Part shown: piece after piece, positions 33,501-60,629 of the stretch | Layout: every line of letters starts with the position of its first letter | How positions within the stretch are numbered: position 1 is the first letter of the stretch | Origin: Tubiluchus corallicola | Lineage: Eukaryota; Animalia; Priapulida | NCBI GenBank assembly: GCA_030141605.1 | Contig: JAQGDQ010002378.1 | Location: 280,514 to 344,513 of the forward strand | Direction of reading: 5' to 3' | DNA length: 64,000 bases | Notes under the pieces: generated by a model | The model's input: the letters and a program-made list of their open reading frames with translations, nothing else | Told to the model about the DNA's origin: nothing | Databases searched by the model: none | Position numbers and translations under genes: made by a program

Positions 33501-36500
33501 GTGGTTCTACTGCACCCGTTTCATACTTGTGCGGCAACTGCTGTAAAACATTTGAAGATTTTGTGTGGATTACATAGGTCACCTGTGTCACTTCCAGCAA
33601 TTCTGTTTTTATTGTGGTCAACAGAGGATTCCTTCCATGATTACAATGACCTTTAAAATCATCAAAACCTAATGCCCAGACCATAACGCCTCCAAGGTGA
33701 TTGTCGATCACATACTTGACCTACAAACAAAAACTAGTTAGACGAACCCTATTGTCAGTCAGGGAAAAATGAGGCCCGTTGATAACATGCAAATGCGTTG
33801 CAAAAATTACAAAAGTTGGTGATCAGTAACCAGTTGAATGCTAACTGTGGTCAACAATACGTACAAAAAAATTAGTGAAAGTTTGGTGATGGAAGTTCTA
33901 GAACTTGTCCAAATATACTGCAAAGGATTGTTACCTTTTCACTAATACTCCTTGAATCCTCGTAGCCAATCCATTGGTCATTTTTGTAAGCAAATGGAAC
34001 AAGCTGATCTTCAACCCAAAAGCTTTCATAGCTTGGCATCACTTCAGAACACACCTACAAAAGATTTAAGTAATGCAAGTCATTAAAATTAATAGAAATA
34101 AACCACAATTTTTATTTATTTGCAAATGTGACAAATGCCGCACATTGGTACCATTAAAATGTTTGTGAATTTTCCGAAACAGATTTGCGAATCTTTATAA
34201 TCTGCAAATTTTGTCGTAATTTATTCATTTATTATGAGTGAAGACGTAGATCTGTAAGTCATTCAAAAAATATTCGCAAGAAGCATTATCAGTTGTTCAG
34301 TTGGCTAAATCTATCACTTAAGCAGTAATAAGATTGGTGTTTACCAATCCACAAGAAGCCGAAAATCTTAATAAGAATAAGCTCAAGCAAAGTTTTGTGG
34401 GCACAAACCTCGTAGTACGGCATCATTCCTTCCTGTTGATACATGTGTCCAGCCTTGCCACTTCCTACAATAGGTGCATTTAACATGTGGTCAGATGGGT
34501 CTTGGAGAGTGTAAGTCTGTCCAAAAAGAGGAATTCCCAGCAGCAATTTCTTTGGATCCGTTCCATGGTTTATCCAATATTGGACGATGAATTCCTTAAA
34601 AAAAAGCAACGATAATAGGATTTAGGTTATCTAAGTACACTAAAAACTAAGGAACGCTATATGGCATGGAAGATTATTAAATTATCTAAGTACACTAAAA
34701 ACTAAGGAACGCTATATGGCATGGAAGATTATTAGATTGTCTAAGTACACTAAAAACTAAGGAACGTTATATGGCATGGAAGATTATTAGATTATCTAAA
34801 TACACTAAAAACTAAGGAACACTACATGGCATGGAAGATTATTAGATTATCTAAGTACACTAAAAACTAAGCAACACTACATGGCATGGAAGATTAATAG
34901 ATTATCTAAGTACACTAAAAACTAAGGAACACTACATGGCATGGAAGATTATTAGATTATCTAAGTACACTAAAAACTAAAGAACATTATATGGCATGGA
35001 AGATTATTAGATTATCTAAGTACGCTAAAAACTAAGGAACATTACATGGCATGGAAGATTATTAGATTATCTAAGTACACTAAAAACTAAGGAACATTAC
35101 ATGGCATGGAAGATTATTAGATTATCTAAGTACACTAAAAACTAAGGAACGCTATATGACATGAAAGATTACTAGGTTATTTAAGTACCCTAAAAACTAA
35201 GGAACACTACATGGCATGGAAGATTATTAGGTTATCTAAGTACACTAAAAACTAAGGAACATTATATGGCATGGAAGATTATTAGATTATCTAAGTACAC
35301 TAAAAACTAAGGAACACTACATGGCATGGAAGATTATTAGGTTATCCAAGTACACTAAAAACTAAGGAACACTACATGGCATGGAAGATTATTAGGTTAT
35401 CCAAGTACCCTAAAAACCAAGGAACACTATATGGCATGGAAGATTACTAGGTTATCTAAGGAAAACGATCATACCGCATCTTCATAGCTATTAGTCTCAA
35501 AAGTGCTTCCGTGATTTTCCAATAATTTATCCCTTTCACACACATGACACAAAAATGCTGCCCTTGCTTGTGTGTGATTTTCCAAGTTGTCTTACACTTA
35601 ACTGAAATTACTAAAAACAAAGATATTTCAAAGGCGACCTCTTCACTTACAATATTCGCAGTTTTGTCCACATCGTAGGAGTGAGGATGCAAAGGACTTC
35701 CATGACCAGCGTGTTTGTTCCATATTCCATTAAGGTGATAAGTCATCATTGGTAAATAATCACTAAACCTGCATTTAGAAATCAAGAATATTATGAGAAG
35801 CTTTTTCTCTTTGAGCACAAATAACCAGAGATGTTTTTTACACAAGGCGCTTTGCAAGGATTAATGGTAGTAGATGATAGATTTCAAGGACAATTTTGAG
35901 GTTAGTCACTTGACCTGCAGGGCGGTTATCTTCTACATAATAATTTATCATTCACTGATAATTCAACTTTTAAATAGCGTTATTAGTACCAATTATTTTC
36001 ATCAAAAATAAGAAACGTATTTATAAACGCACGAAGAGATTTTCGGGATGTCGTAACCCAAATCTATCCAGTATTTAGCGCCCGGTATCGTGGTGGCCAA
36101 GATTAGTTGATTGTTGCCGGAAAACTTGGCTTCCATCGTAAAGATCTTGTGAAGCTCCTAAAAATTAAACACACAATTGTACATAAATTTAAAATTGACA
36201 CAGAGATATTGGGTAAGAAGAGTCCTCACTTTGCATTAATTTGTTCAAGCCAAAACTACACCATATAGACACGAAGAACCGACGGTCAACTAGCAGAACT
36301 AACAACCTGCTTTAAAATGCTTGAAAAGATGAATTTCAAGAGCAAAGCAGTTAGAGTGTTATAGCCTGTCAAATACTACTAATATTTTTATATCAATACC
36401 TCTAAGAGCAGTGGTAAATTGTCTCTATCTGAAGGATGTCCACCTCTTCGTTCGTAGCCCGGAAACTCCCAGTCGACATTTAGTCCATCGAAACCATATT

Positions 36501-38970
36501 GTCTCAGGAAATGAAGTACAGAATTAACAAAGGTAAGACGTGAGTTGAGAGACCACGCCATATTGCTGAAACGCTGTGAACCTTCTGCCCAACCGCCTAC
36601 TGCTAGCAGTACCTTCAGATCTGGATTTTGGTTTTTTAGGGCCAGGATTCTCTGAAACAATTCTAAAAAAGAATTTTATTAAATGCTTCGACAGAAACAG
36701 TTAGTGCAAACGGATTTTTTAGTTAGGTATTACTGCAAATAGCAATTTAAAGCCCAACCAGCGTCTTAAACAATGCAATAACGATGTTTTAAAAAACGTT
36801 TAGCTCAAAATTTGGTTTAACAATGAATGCGACACATCATTTTTGTGACATGGGTTAAAGTGCATAAATGGCCTCTTGAAATTCTGACAAAATATAAAAT
36901 TTGTGGAAAGTTACTTCAATACTCATTGCTTCATTAGGTTTTTTCCTTGTACCACAGCTTTGAATGCACTTTTACTTGATCAGGTCTTTGTTCAGTTTGT
37001 TGCTTTCTTGCACCGTGTACCTTGGTTATTGTTAAGTAGGTCTTTACCAGGGATTTTTCAATGTGTTTTATATCGTCAATTTTTATGTGCTTTATCATTT
37101 AACAAAAAAGTTGGAAAAACGCAACAAAATTAAAGCAAAATTAAATCAATTTTTTTTATTTGCCATTGAAATAACTAAAACTGAACCTCATTTGGGTTTG
37201 TTAAGCTAAGAAGTGAGGAGAAGAGCATGTCAGAATGATTGATTTATGATTGATCCATTCATTGTACTATTTATTTCAGCATAAAAGCCACAAAAACATA
37301 CAATTAAAATTTACCTAGACTAAAACTAGAAGTGCTAAAAAATACTATATGCAGAAAGTGAGTAAAAGCATTTAAAATTAGAGCTACGAGCTTCAAAGTT
37401 ACGAAATTACGCGAGTTACCATTTCAGGAACAGAAGACATGTCTCGGGGTGAGTCTGGAAAGTTCACGATCCTACTCTGTAGAATTTTCAAACCATACCT
37501 GTTTTTGTTATCGCATTGTTGCTATCATTACGTATATAGTTTAATGTTTTGTGTTGCAAATCAGCCAAATAAAAAATTATTGAATTGAATTGAATTGTGT
37601 CCAATGTGATAATTAGCCAGAAAAGAAAGTCATCAATGATACCACAGGCTGGGGAGTTAAGCACAGGGTGCGCTGCGTTCGTGTGCTAGGCGTAAAATAT
37701 GAGTGGTGCATTCGGGGCTACGATAAGCTGAAACCATTTAACAAGCAGAGCCATCAAGATGTTGCAGACCTCATTTTATTTCTTCCCTTTGGCTGTAGAT
37801 TAAATTAGTTACTAGATCTATATCTAAATGCGATTAAGTGTGAAGTCGAGATTTCGTACCGCTTCTCTAAGAAAAGAACCAAAAAACCATGATTTTTATC
37901 ATATTGTCAATTTAGTAGGTTTGTGAACAGATTGTAAAACTAGTAAAATGATTATACTTATTTACTTCTATTTATAAACCTTTTTTCGTGAATGAATATT
38001 CGACTGGTGATCTTCAAGTAATTTTAACACTTTGCGTGCAATCTGAAAAGTATTTCGGGAGTGTATAAAATAGACCTGACGTTTTTTGGTATTTCTACCC
38101 ACAGTACCTGTTTAAACTCAAAACCCACTACCCAGTGTCCACGACTTCAGTCCCTAAACCTCGATACCTTTTTACCTCAGCTTGCAATCTCAATAGCCAG
38201 AACGACAATGTTGTGTATTCGTTTAATAGTCACGTCGTACTGTCTCTCTTCAAACACTTAGGCAAATACAGTGGCTGCGTAGCCTGATAGGTAAAACGTC
38301 CGAGCTCCGTACAGGAGGTTGCGTGTTCGATACGAAAGACAGTCATATAAAAAAATTAAAAAATGCTACGTGTAGTTGCCCTGTGTGACTAATCTCTGTT
38401 ATGTAGTTGTAATTCGTAATTTATCGTGGGCAATAAAAAATCTCATTGCAGCTTTGTTTGTCTGTTCTACTTAAAGCTGAATCATCATCGTTGTCGTCGT
38501 CGCCATAATCATCATCATCATCGCAATGAGCACAGAAATTTCTTTGGATGGTAAACAATAACACCATATTGGCAAAAGCACTTTGCAACAAGCAACTTAC
38601 CTAAATCTGACTCTGACTTGGCCGTCAGCTCATTATCCAATATTGTGGCGTATCCAAACACGATGTGCGTGCAAGTTGAGGGGTCGATGTCTTCTGGTAA
38701 GAACGTGGCTGGCGCGGGACGTCGAGCTGCCTCCCCCGGGTAAAAGCAGAACCGCACGTAGGAATCGTAGTCATGAAGATGACTTGGAACTTCTGGAAAG
38801 TAATTAAATAAAATAATTAGCTAATTAGTTATAAGTTTAAATTCGAGATTATCAGTTATTGGTAAAGTGAACACAATATATTTGAACCAGAAACCTTTGG
38901 AATTCAAACCAATGACTAGACAACACAGACACGTGTGAACGCGGGCGTTCTTAATTCAATCCCATGAGTA

Positions 38971-39016
<46 letters not shown>

Positions 39017-40195
39017 TTTATTAGTTTATCACCATTTTTAAAATAGCAAAATACATAACTAACAGATTTATAAATCTATACAACATACAATAATACAACA
39101 TTACAAAGTGCAAAAGTAATTATTGATTAGTGGTGAAAGGGTGGCGAAAGAACTATAAGTCATCGAGGTCAGCCACCCTCTCAGAATTGTTACTAATATA
39201 ATTAATTAGTTAATGCGCATGTATCAGATAATAAAAAATTATCAGATTTTGCATTTAAGACGAATGAAAATTGAACGTTATACGAATGTGTTAGTTTATA
39301 ATAAAATAATGTTCAATAATGGGAAAGAAGAGACACACGTGCCTATCTTTTAATAATAATTTAACCTTTACGTATTTAAAATTAATATTATGAGGACCTA
39401 GAGTCAAAGGAAGAAAAAAAATTAATTTTCCGCTTGAAGCTAGCAAAAGTGGATAAACATGTATGTTTAGTTATGAAAAAAAAGAGTTGAAAGAAAAGTA
39501 TCTTAAAATTCTTTAGGATTAGCGTTCATTATTGCATAATATTAGGTCACCAACCAAGGGAACTGTTAGTTTACTTACACTTAACTGTTTACTGTAATTA
39601 CTAATTACCTAACCATAATATGGTGTTTTGGATAATTAGTCTTTGATTGTAGTGTGAAAACAAAGAATTTAACAAACGATTGCGGTTTATGCTCACCAAC
39701 AGATAGCTGTTAATCGTAGATGGAAGGAATCGCAATGGATTGTTAAATTCTGATTAACACATTTAAAACATAGTAACATCGCTAATTTGGCTACTAAACA
39801 ATGGTGTTTCATTAACGGCACAGGCACGGAAACAAAGGTTCATATCAATAACATTTGATTTACTTTTATCAAAATCCCACACAAACCGTAAATGAAAAAA
39901 AGAATTTGCCAAAAATTGCGCCAGCGTTAATTAAGATTCTCCAGACATTTGCTGTCAAAATTTCATGTTGAAAAAAACCAATCAAACAATCAGTGAAACA
40001 ACTGCTGAACTTATAGAGATACAGATATGTTCATTTTCTTAATGTCTTACACCTAATAATGGCGAAATAATTTAACTAACCGACGTCAAACTGTATTTAA
40101 AATGTGAAACCAAATTAATACTTACCTGGCTGAGTTTCAGTAGATGATAGTCCTGCCAGTAATACCAATACCAGGCAAACACCTATCCCCTGCAT
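30568..40195 (-). CDS. GH18 chitinase-like secreted protein with a His/Tyr/Glu tandem-repeat region and C-terminal CBM14 (ChtBD2)
   Basis: Exons 40195-40126 (MQGIGVCLVLVLLAGLSST signal), 38792-38601 (IDPSTCTHIVFGYA), 36662-36400 (KVLLAVGGW, FDGLNVDWEFP), 36157-36033, 35768-35651 (MMTYHL), 34594-34409 (KLLLGIP), 34054-33935 (WIGYED), 33720-30568 (LGGVMVWAL, repeats, C..NPINCRKYYLC..CPEGTVF..C). Confidence 0.95.
31148..32900 (-). repeat. Coding 42-bp tandem repeat (PEHGHYEVHPHETY), ~41 copies
   Basis: In frame within the last chitinase exon; variants G/V, H/L, H/R, T/E/A. Confidence 0.97.
34620..35460. repeat. 55-bp intronic minisatellite, ~15 copies
   Basis: Unit ttatctaagtacactaaaaactaaggaacactacatggcatggaagattattaga. 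Confidence 0.97.
38271..38345 (+). mobile_element. tRNA-derived SINE head (degenerate)
   Basis: A-box-like TAGCCTGATAGG and B-box-like GTTCGATAC at tRNA spacing, without a proper cloverleaf. Confidence 0.4.
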
Positions 40196-40327
40196 ACTGC
40201 AAAAATAATCGAGTATTTTCATGATCGTTAGTTATCAATCATTAGTAGAAAAAAATTGTAATGCAAGCAAAAATTATTCTATATAATTCCGTGTTATAAA
40301 TTAAAGTAAAATATATAAAGTATAATA

Positions 40328-40590
40328 TAAAGTAAAAACCGGACCCAATCTTAAACTGTAGGTCAAAACAATCTACTCGTTAAAATATTGAAAGGAAACA
40401 TACTATATAAAGTAAAACCGGACCCAATCTTAAACTGTAGGTCAAAACAATCTACTCTTTAAAATATTGAAAGGAAACATACTATATAAAGTAAAACCGG
40501 ACCCAATCTTAAACTGTAGGTCAAAACAATCTACTCTTTAAAATATTAAAAGGACACATACTATTTTTTTTCAAAAATGACTTACATGAA
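40328..40590. repeat. ~80-bp tandem triplication, with a further copy at ~41410-41507
   Basis: aaagtaaaaccggacccaatcttaaactgtaggtcaaaacaatctactc...aaaatattgaaaggaaacatacta repeated. Confidence 0.85.
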
Positions 40591-42457
40591 AGAATGCTTA
40601 GCGCAATTTATCCCAAAATAGTTTAGCAAGCACAAAAGAATGGGACACACTCCAACAACAAGAGTAAAATTCACAGTTTAGTGGGAAAATAATCTGAGAA
40701 TTAGTGCACTTGTATTGCTGATGATTTTACTCGTCGTTTGTAAAACTTCGAAACTTAAAATTTCGATGTTTAAGTTGGCGAAATAGCGTTTAGGAAATAA
40801 ACCGGTAATACATTGTAGTTATAGTTCTGTCGGAATAGGCACGTAACTCGTATACACAGATTTATTTTTGTGGGAAAACCAAATTAAAACGTAAAAATGT
40901 TTTTCTTGCTAAGCATTTTACAATCACTGCACAGTCCCGAAAAGAAAATGAAAATGAGACTTCGGGTCTAGGCAGAAAAACGTCACAAACAGTGAAAATA
41001 TAACCACCCTTTTTCATATCCCATAAAAACCCTTCTCCGTTTCTAGGAAAAAACTATCCACAGACCAAGATGTTGGGTCAAATAAATTTTTCCGACAAAA
41101 TTAAAACAATGACAGAACATGAATGATGGAACAAAGATACAGTAAATTAAATTTTGATACTAAAGCCCAGAGACAGGAAATTTGAAAATAGATGGGATAC
41201 AGCCTGGATTTTGTCTCCCTATTTCCCTATTTCCAATGATTAAAGCAGCCCAAAGTTCATTCTTTTTGTTTGGTAAACTAATTTCAGCATTTCCACTGTT
41301 AGACCTCTTACACTGGAGTGAATCTAACAATTAACATCAATTTTGATCCTGAAATTTCTGTGGAAAATTAATGACTTAATTGAGTAACTAGAATCAAGAT
41401 TATTATTATTAAAGTAAAACCAGGCCTAATCTTAAACTGTAGGTCAAAACAATCTACTCTTTAAAATATTGAAAGGAAACATACTCTTTTTTTCAAAAAT
41501 GACTTACGTGAAATAATTAATACCCCAGAAATACAATTTCACGTTCGCGCCACTAGTTCTTCGCTGTTACATGCATTTCGCCATTCGTTAGCTAGACGGG
41601 CACTAGCGCCTGCATTTCAGAAACGCAATGCACAAAAAACAGGTGCTGTGCCTCTCTGTTCAGATGCGTTAGTTTGCGACGAACTACAAACATTCGACAG
41701 CTCATGCGTGAGCACAGCACTTATTCTGAAATTTGAATTTTTATATTAAAACTTGCCTTGCTTTGATACAACACACTGAATACCACTGTACTTTTCAAAC
41801 AGTTCAAACAAGCTAGTGGAGTATTTTTGCCTTTGAAAATTATGTTAATTGGTGATGTCATCAATAGGTGGGCTAGCCCGCCGTTAATTAAATTTTTAAT
41901 CTATTATTTAATTATGAGAACTACTTTTGCGGTATTAATTGTGTTAAAATGTATCCCTTTTATCGGACTTGAAATGGGCTGGTATATAAAAAAATCACCC
42001 TGTCTTCCTTTAAGGATGGAAAAAACCAACAATTGATGAAATTTTGATGCCAAACATGAAAGACAGTTAGATAAACACGAGTATTTTAGCTAGCAGCAAA
42101 ACTAGCAATGAACAGCAATCATCAAAATAGCAATAAAGGAAAACATAAGCGATGAACGGACTGTTTAGCATATATACTAAGTGCCTTTCTGGCTTTTTCC
42201 TTAGAGAAATTAAGTATAGCACCGTCTATCAATGATAACTCACTGTATCAAATCAAAGAACGAAAAATGCTTGAACTGGCAGTGTCTCTCTTCGGTAGGA
42301 CATTTTTACATACAACGATATAATGCGCTAAGATACTTAATTTATAAGTTTTTGTAGTTACATTACACTACAGACGCGAACAGCTAGTAGTTTCACAAGT
42401 GTGAATCTTTTCAATGGCTTCTATAATTTAACGAGCAGGGTGGGCTCTAGGTAGTCT

Positions 42458-44806
42458 GAGTGTGCATATCACGTTTAATTTTAAATTACAGAGGCAAAAA
42501 TCACTTGGACTAGTACAGCAGTATTTATTTATTAATTTATAAAACAGGTATATTTAAACTCTTAGTGAATTATTTTTGATGTCTGTTCGAAACATTAACG
42601 CAATTACGTACTTAAGACCTAAGCTAATTGCATGAGAGAAATTTAAAATACATACATAAACCATGTGGTGTACAGTAATATCAAATTGAAGTATCGTCTT
42701 TTTATTCAGATCTAAGGGGTCATGGCTAACACAATTTTCCTTAGTAGGCCTTAGGGAAAATTAGTTTTAGCGCCCCCTCTTCAACGGTCAACCCCTTCCA
42801 CGGTCCACACAGCACCCGCAAAATTGAATTTTTCTTGTATAATATTATAGTAAAGTATAATGCTACCTGTGCGTTAGGCTTATGCATGTGTGATAGATCT
42901 ACAGTTTGTGCTGTGTTGACGGAATTTGAACAACGGTCAACCCCTTCCACCCCGGTTCACACAGCATCAGCAAATTTGAATTTTTCTTGTATGATATTAT
43001 AATAAAGTATAATGGTACCTGTGTGTTAGACTTATGCATGTGTGATAGTGAACTAATTAAGTGTGGTCAATTACCTATCTACAGCTTGTATTGTGTTGAC
43101 TAAATTTGAAACTGACTTTATAACCCTATTACAGGAGCAATCAAATTTCTGTGATTTCAGCTCTTCTTGTTTAGATTTTCCCTCAGCTATTCGTCAGGAA
43201 ATCCTTGAAACTTTAACTTCTTTCTTCGTGTACATCCATTTCACTAGCTTCATCTGCTTCATAACTCTGGTTTTGTTGCAAATGCTTCACTGGCGAATCT
43301 TTCTGCTGTTCATTGTCGCCACCCGCCACCCGTCACCCGCTAGCTTTCTTGCTTTTCATTTCCTGTATAATTCCGCTCCTAAACACTTCGACTCTTGTAA
43401 GTTTATTTGGCATAATTAGACAAATGCTATAGAAAGAAGTGTTTATTAACGTAAGGGTCATTACAATAAGCACTTACGTAGCGAGGCTGCTCGATGCATA
43501 GAATAGAAAATGCTTGCAAAATCACGCGCAAGAAATGTCTGAGTGGAATGATGTAATCTTAGAAATACAAATAAAACTAAACTAGAAAGTGTTTTGCTGT
43601 AGGAATTAACTTCCTAGCATCGATGAATTATCCATTTCGACAGAAAGATTATGGTTCGTTTCGTTTGATTAGTGTTGCGCACTTAAAGAATTACACATAC
43701 GCTATGTTGTTACTTAAGCTATGTTATTACACATACACAATGTTATTACTTAATCTATGTTATTACACATACACAATGTTATTACTTAATCTATGTTATT
43801 ACACATACACAATGTTATTACTTAAGCTATATTATTACACATACACAATGTTATTACTTAAACTATATTATTACACATACACAATGTTATTACTTAAGCT
43901 ATGTTATTACACATACGCTATGTTATTACTTAAGCTATATTATTACACATACACAATGTTATTACTTAAGCTATGTTATTACACATACGCTATGTTATTA
44001 CTTAAGCTATATTATTACACATACACAATGTTATTACTTAAGCTATGTTATTACACATACACAATGTTATTACTTAAGCTATATTATTACACATACACAA
44101 TGTTATTACTTAAGCTATGTTATTACACATACACAATGTTATTACTTAAGCTATATTACTACACATACACAATGCTATTACTTAATCTATGTTACACATA
44201 CACAATGTTATTACTTAAGCTATGGTATTACACATACACAATTTTATTACTTAAGCTATGTTATTACACATACACAATGTTATTACTTAAGCTATGTTAT
44301 TACACATACGCTATGTTATTACTTAAGCTAAACTTCAAAATGAAATAATTACTTCCAGAATTTGACGCCAACCAAAATTTGGTGCCCTGCGCAACTGCCT
44401 GGTTTGCATTAATGGGAGAGACAGCCCTGTTAAGGAGAGTTATCATGGCCGACGTCGGCGGGTTTGTGTGTTTTGGCGGCCGTGTGTCATTGGTTTAACA
44501 CAGTTAGCTTAGTGACCACTTGGTCGTGAGTGCCAAGTGTTTATTCTAAATTGAAAATCTGAATAAAAAGACGATAATTAAATTTGATATTACTGTATTC
44601 CCTATGGTTTATGTATGCAGTGGCATCGTCTAAAAATTTCTCTCTTACAATTAGTTTAGGCCTTAAGTACGTAACTGCGTTAATGTTTTGAATATAATTG
44701 ACTAAAGTTTAAATATACCTCTTTTATAAATTAACGAATAAAAACTGCTGTACTAGTCTAAGTGATGTTTGCCTCAATAACCTAAAATTAAACGTGACAT
44801 GCACAC
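42458..44806. mobile_element. Pair of ~180-bp inverted repeats (42458-42640 and 44640-44806): foldback element or two opposed MITE copies
   Basis: cacgtttaatttta...gaggcaaa.atcactt.gactagtacagcagt...aggtatatttaaact is present reverse-complemented at 44700-44800. Confidence 0.6.
43690..44330. repeat. 36-bp minisatellite
   Basis: Unit ctatgttattacacatacacaatgttattacttaag, about 18 copies. Confidence 0.97.
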
Positions 44807-45682
44807 TAAAAACGTTTTTGTCAGATGGCAAATAAAAAACGTTTTTTAAAGTTGTTCTACAATGCACGTTAACTAGAGAAATGGTAGGTTATCGTTAATG
44901 CTAGGTGAGAATCCACTAACATTTAGGTGTAAAACTTAGTTCACTTCTAAAATACACGTAATCTTAATTTCTTGAAATACACTGAGACTACAGTAGCTAT
45001 AATGCAATGAATATATAATTTCATGAAAACTTTTTTTATAAGTGTGAACACGATCAACAAATTTTCCAAAAATTTACAAACTACAAAATTCTGTAAATGA
45101 AAATTGGGAGAAATTAATTTACAAAATGTTTAATTCTTACCTGGTATTGGTGGCCTATTCGTCGTGCTGATACGTCACAAGAAATCTGTATCATACACGT
45201 GTAACCTTGCAAAACCCAACACGTTGAATAACTCTCTGATCTTATGGAACTGTTTGAAGCCATACTGTCGGCCAGCATATTCTGAATAGGGAAGGGTTGC
45301 TTCAAACACAAACGCGCGATTTCATGAAACATCTACAGAATTTGACTGAACTGGCTTTGTGAAAGACAATTCAAAAAGACAGAAGAAAAAGTCCTGAGGA
45401 TCCAGACAGAAGACGAAATTTTAATGTTAGGTTTGACCAAGTCATTGTGAGCTTTCGAAAAAATTATTCTGTAACAAGCGGATAGTTTTGCAGTATTGTA
45501 GTCGCATGATCTATTAGTTCATCTCAGCAGTACTTGTGAATTATATCACTCTATTGACTATTCCAGTTAGTGAATTTTGTTAAATTCAACGGCTCTTGGT
45601 TGAAAGATTTTGGACATACACACGCACGCACGTACGCACGCACACACACAGCTCTTGGTTGAAAGATTTTGGACACACGCAT

Positions 45683-45733
<51 letters not shown>

Positions 45734-46526
45734 CATAACACTGGTGATTTTCCCACAAGTGTATTTGAAATGGTCGCCAGTTCTAAAAGATCGGAACCGC
45801 CATTGACAAGGATGATCTCCTCATTGTTAAAACTTCGATTTCTGCATTGGAATGAAGGGCAAAAAGGGGCTATAAGTATCGATGAGTCCCACGAGATCCA
45901 CCTCTTGGAGACAGGCCTTTGAGGTTATACAGATATGAGGAATACAGCTTCTGCAGATGACGGAAAACTGTGAGATTTGATTTCCAAGGAAATCTAAAGT
46001 TTTCAAGAATATCCGTTAGCTTGGAATGCTCTACCAATGATAATATTTTTCTGCGTGCTTTGTCAACTTCGCTTTCCAGTCTATACCAGGTAATAGTGGA
46101 ACTCTTCAAATGGACTGTGTATGCACAAGTTATCAGTGAAACCTCCTGCTATAAAATTGTTTCCCTTTCAACTTACAAGAATACTTTTGTTCTGGAAATG
46201 TACTCATATTTCCACTCCTATTGTAACTCTTTCCCTGAGTAGCTAATGGCCTTGTTTGAGACAATTTGTATCTAAAAATAAACGAAGTTAGCCGAACACT
46301 ACATTTAGTAAACGGAGAGCGAAGAGTTCCCAATTAGTGCCAATAGTGCTAATCATCTTAGAAAGGTTCTTTTAATGCTTTTGCATGTGCAATATTGATT
46401 ATAATATCGCTAGTTTGAACAATAAGTTAAAAAGGAAAAAAGCCAATTAAAAGCTACTGTTTTACTGAACAATAAAATTTATTTACATATCTCATCACAG
46501 ACAGTTTACATCAAAAATTAATCTGT

Positions 46527-60629
<14,103 letters not shown>

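Noticed and set aside
43623-44348. 241-aa YYTYTMLLLKL repeat ORF
   Set aside because: Translation of a 36-bp AT-rich minisatellite with no gene structure.
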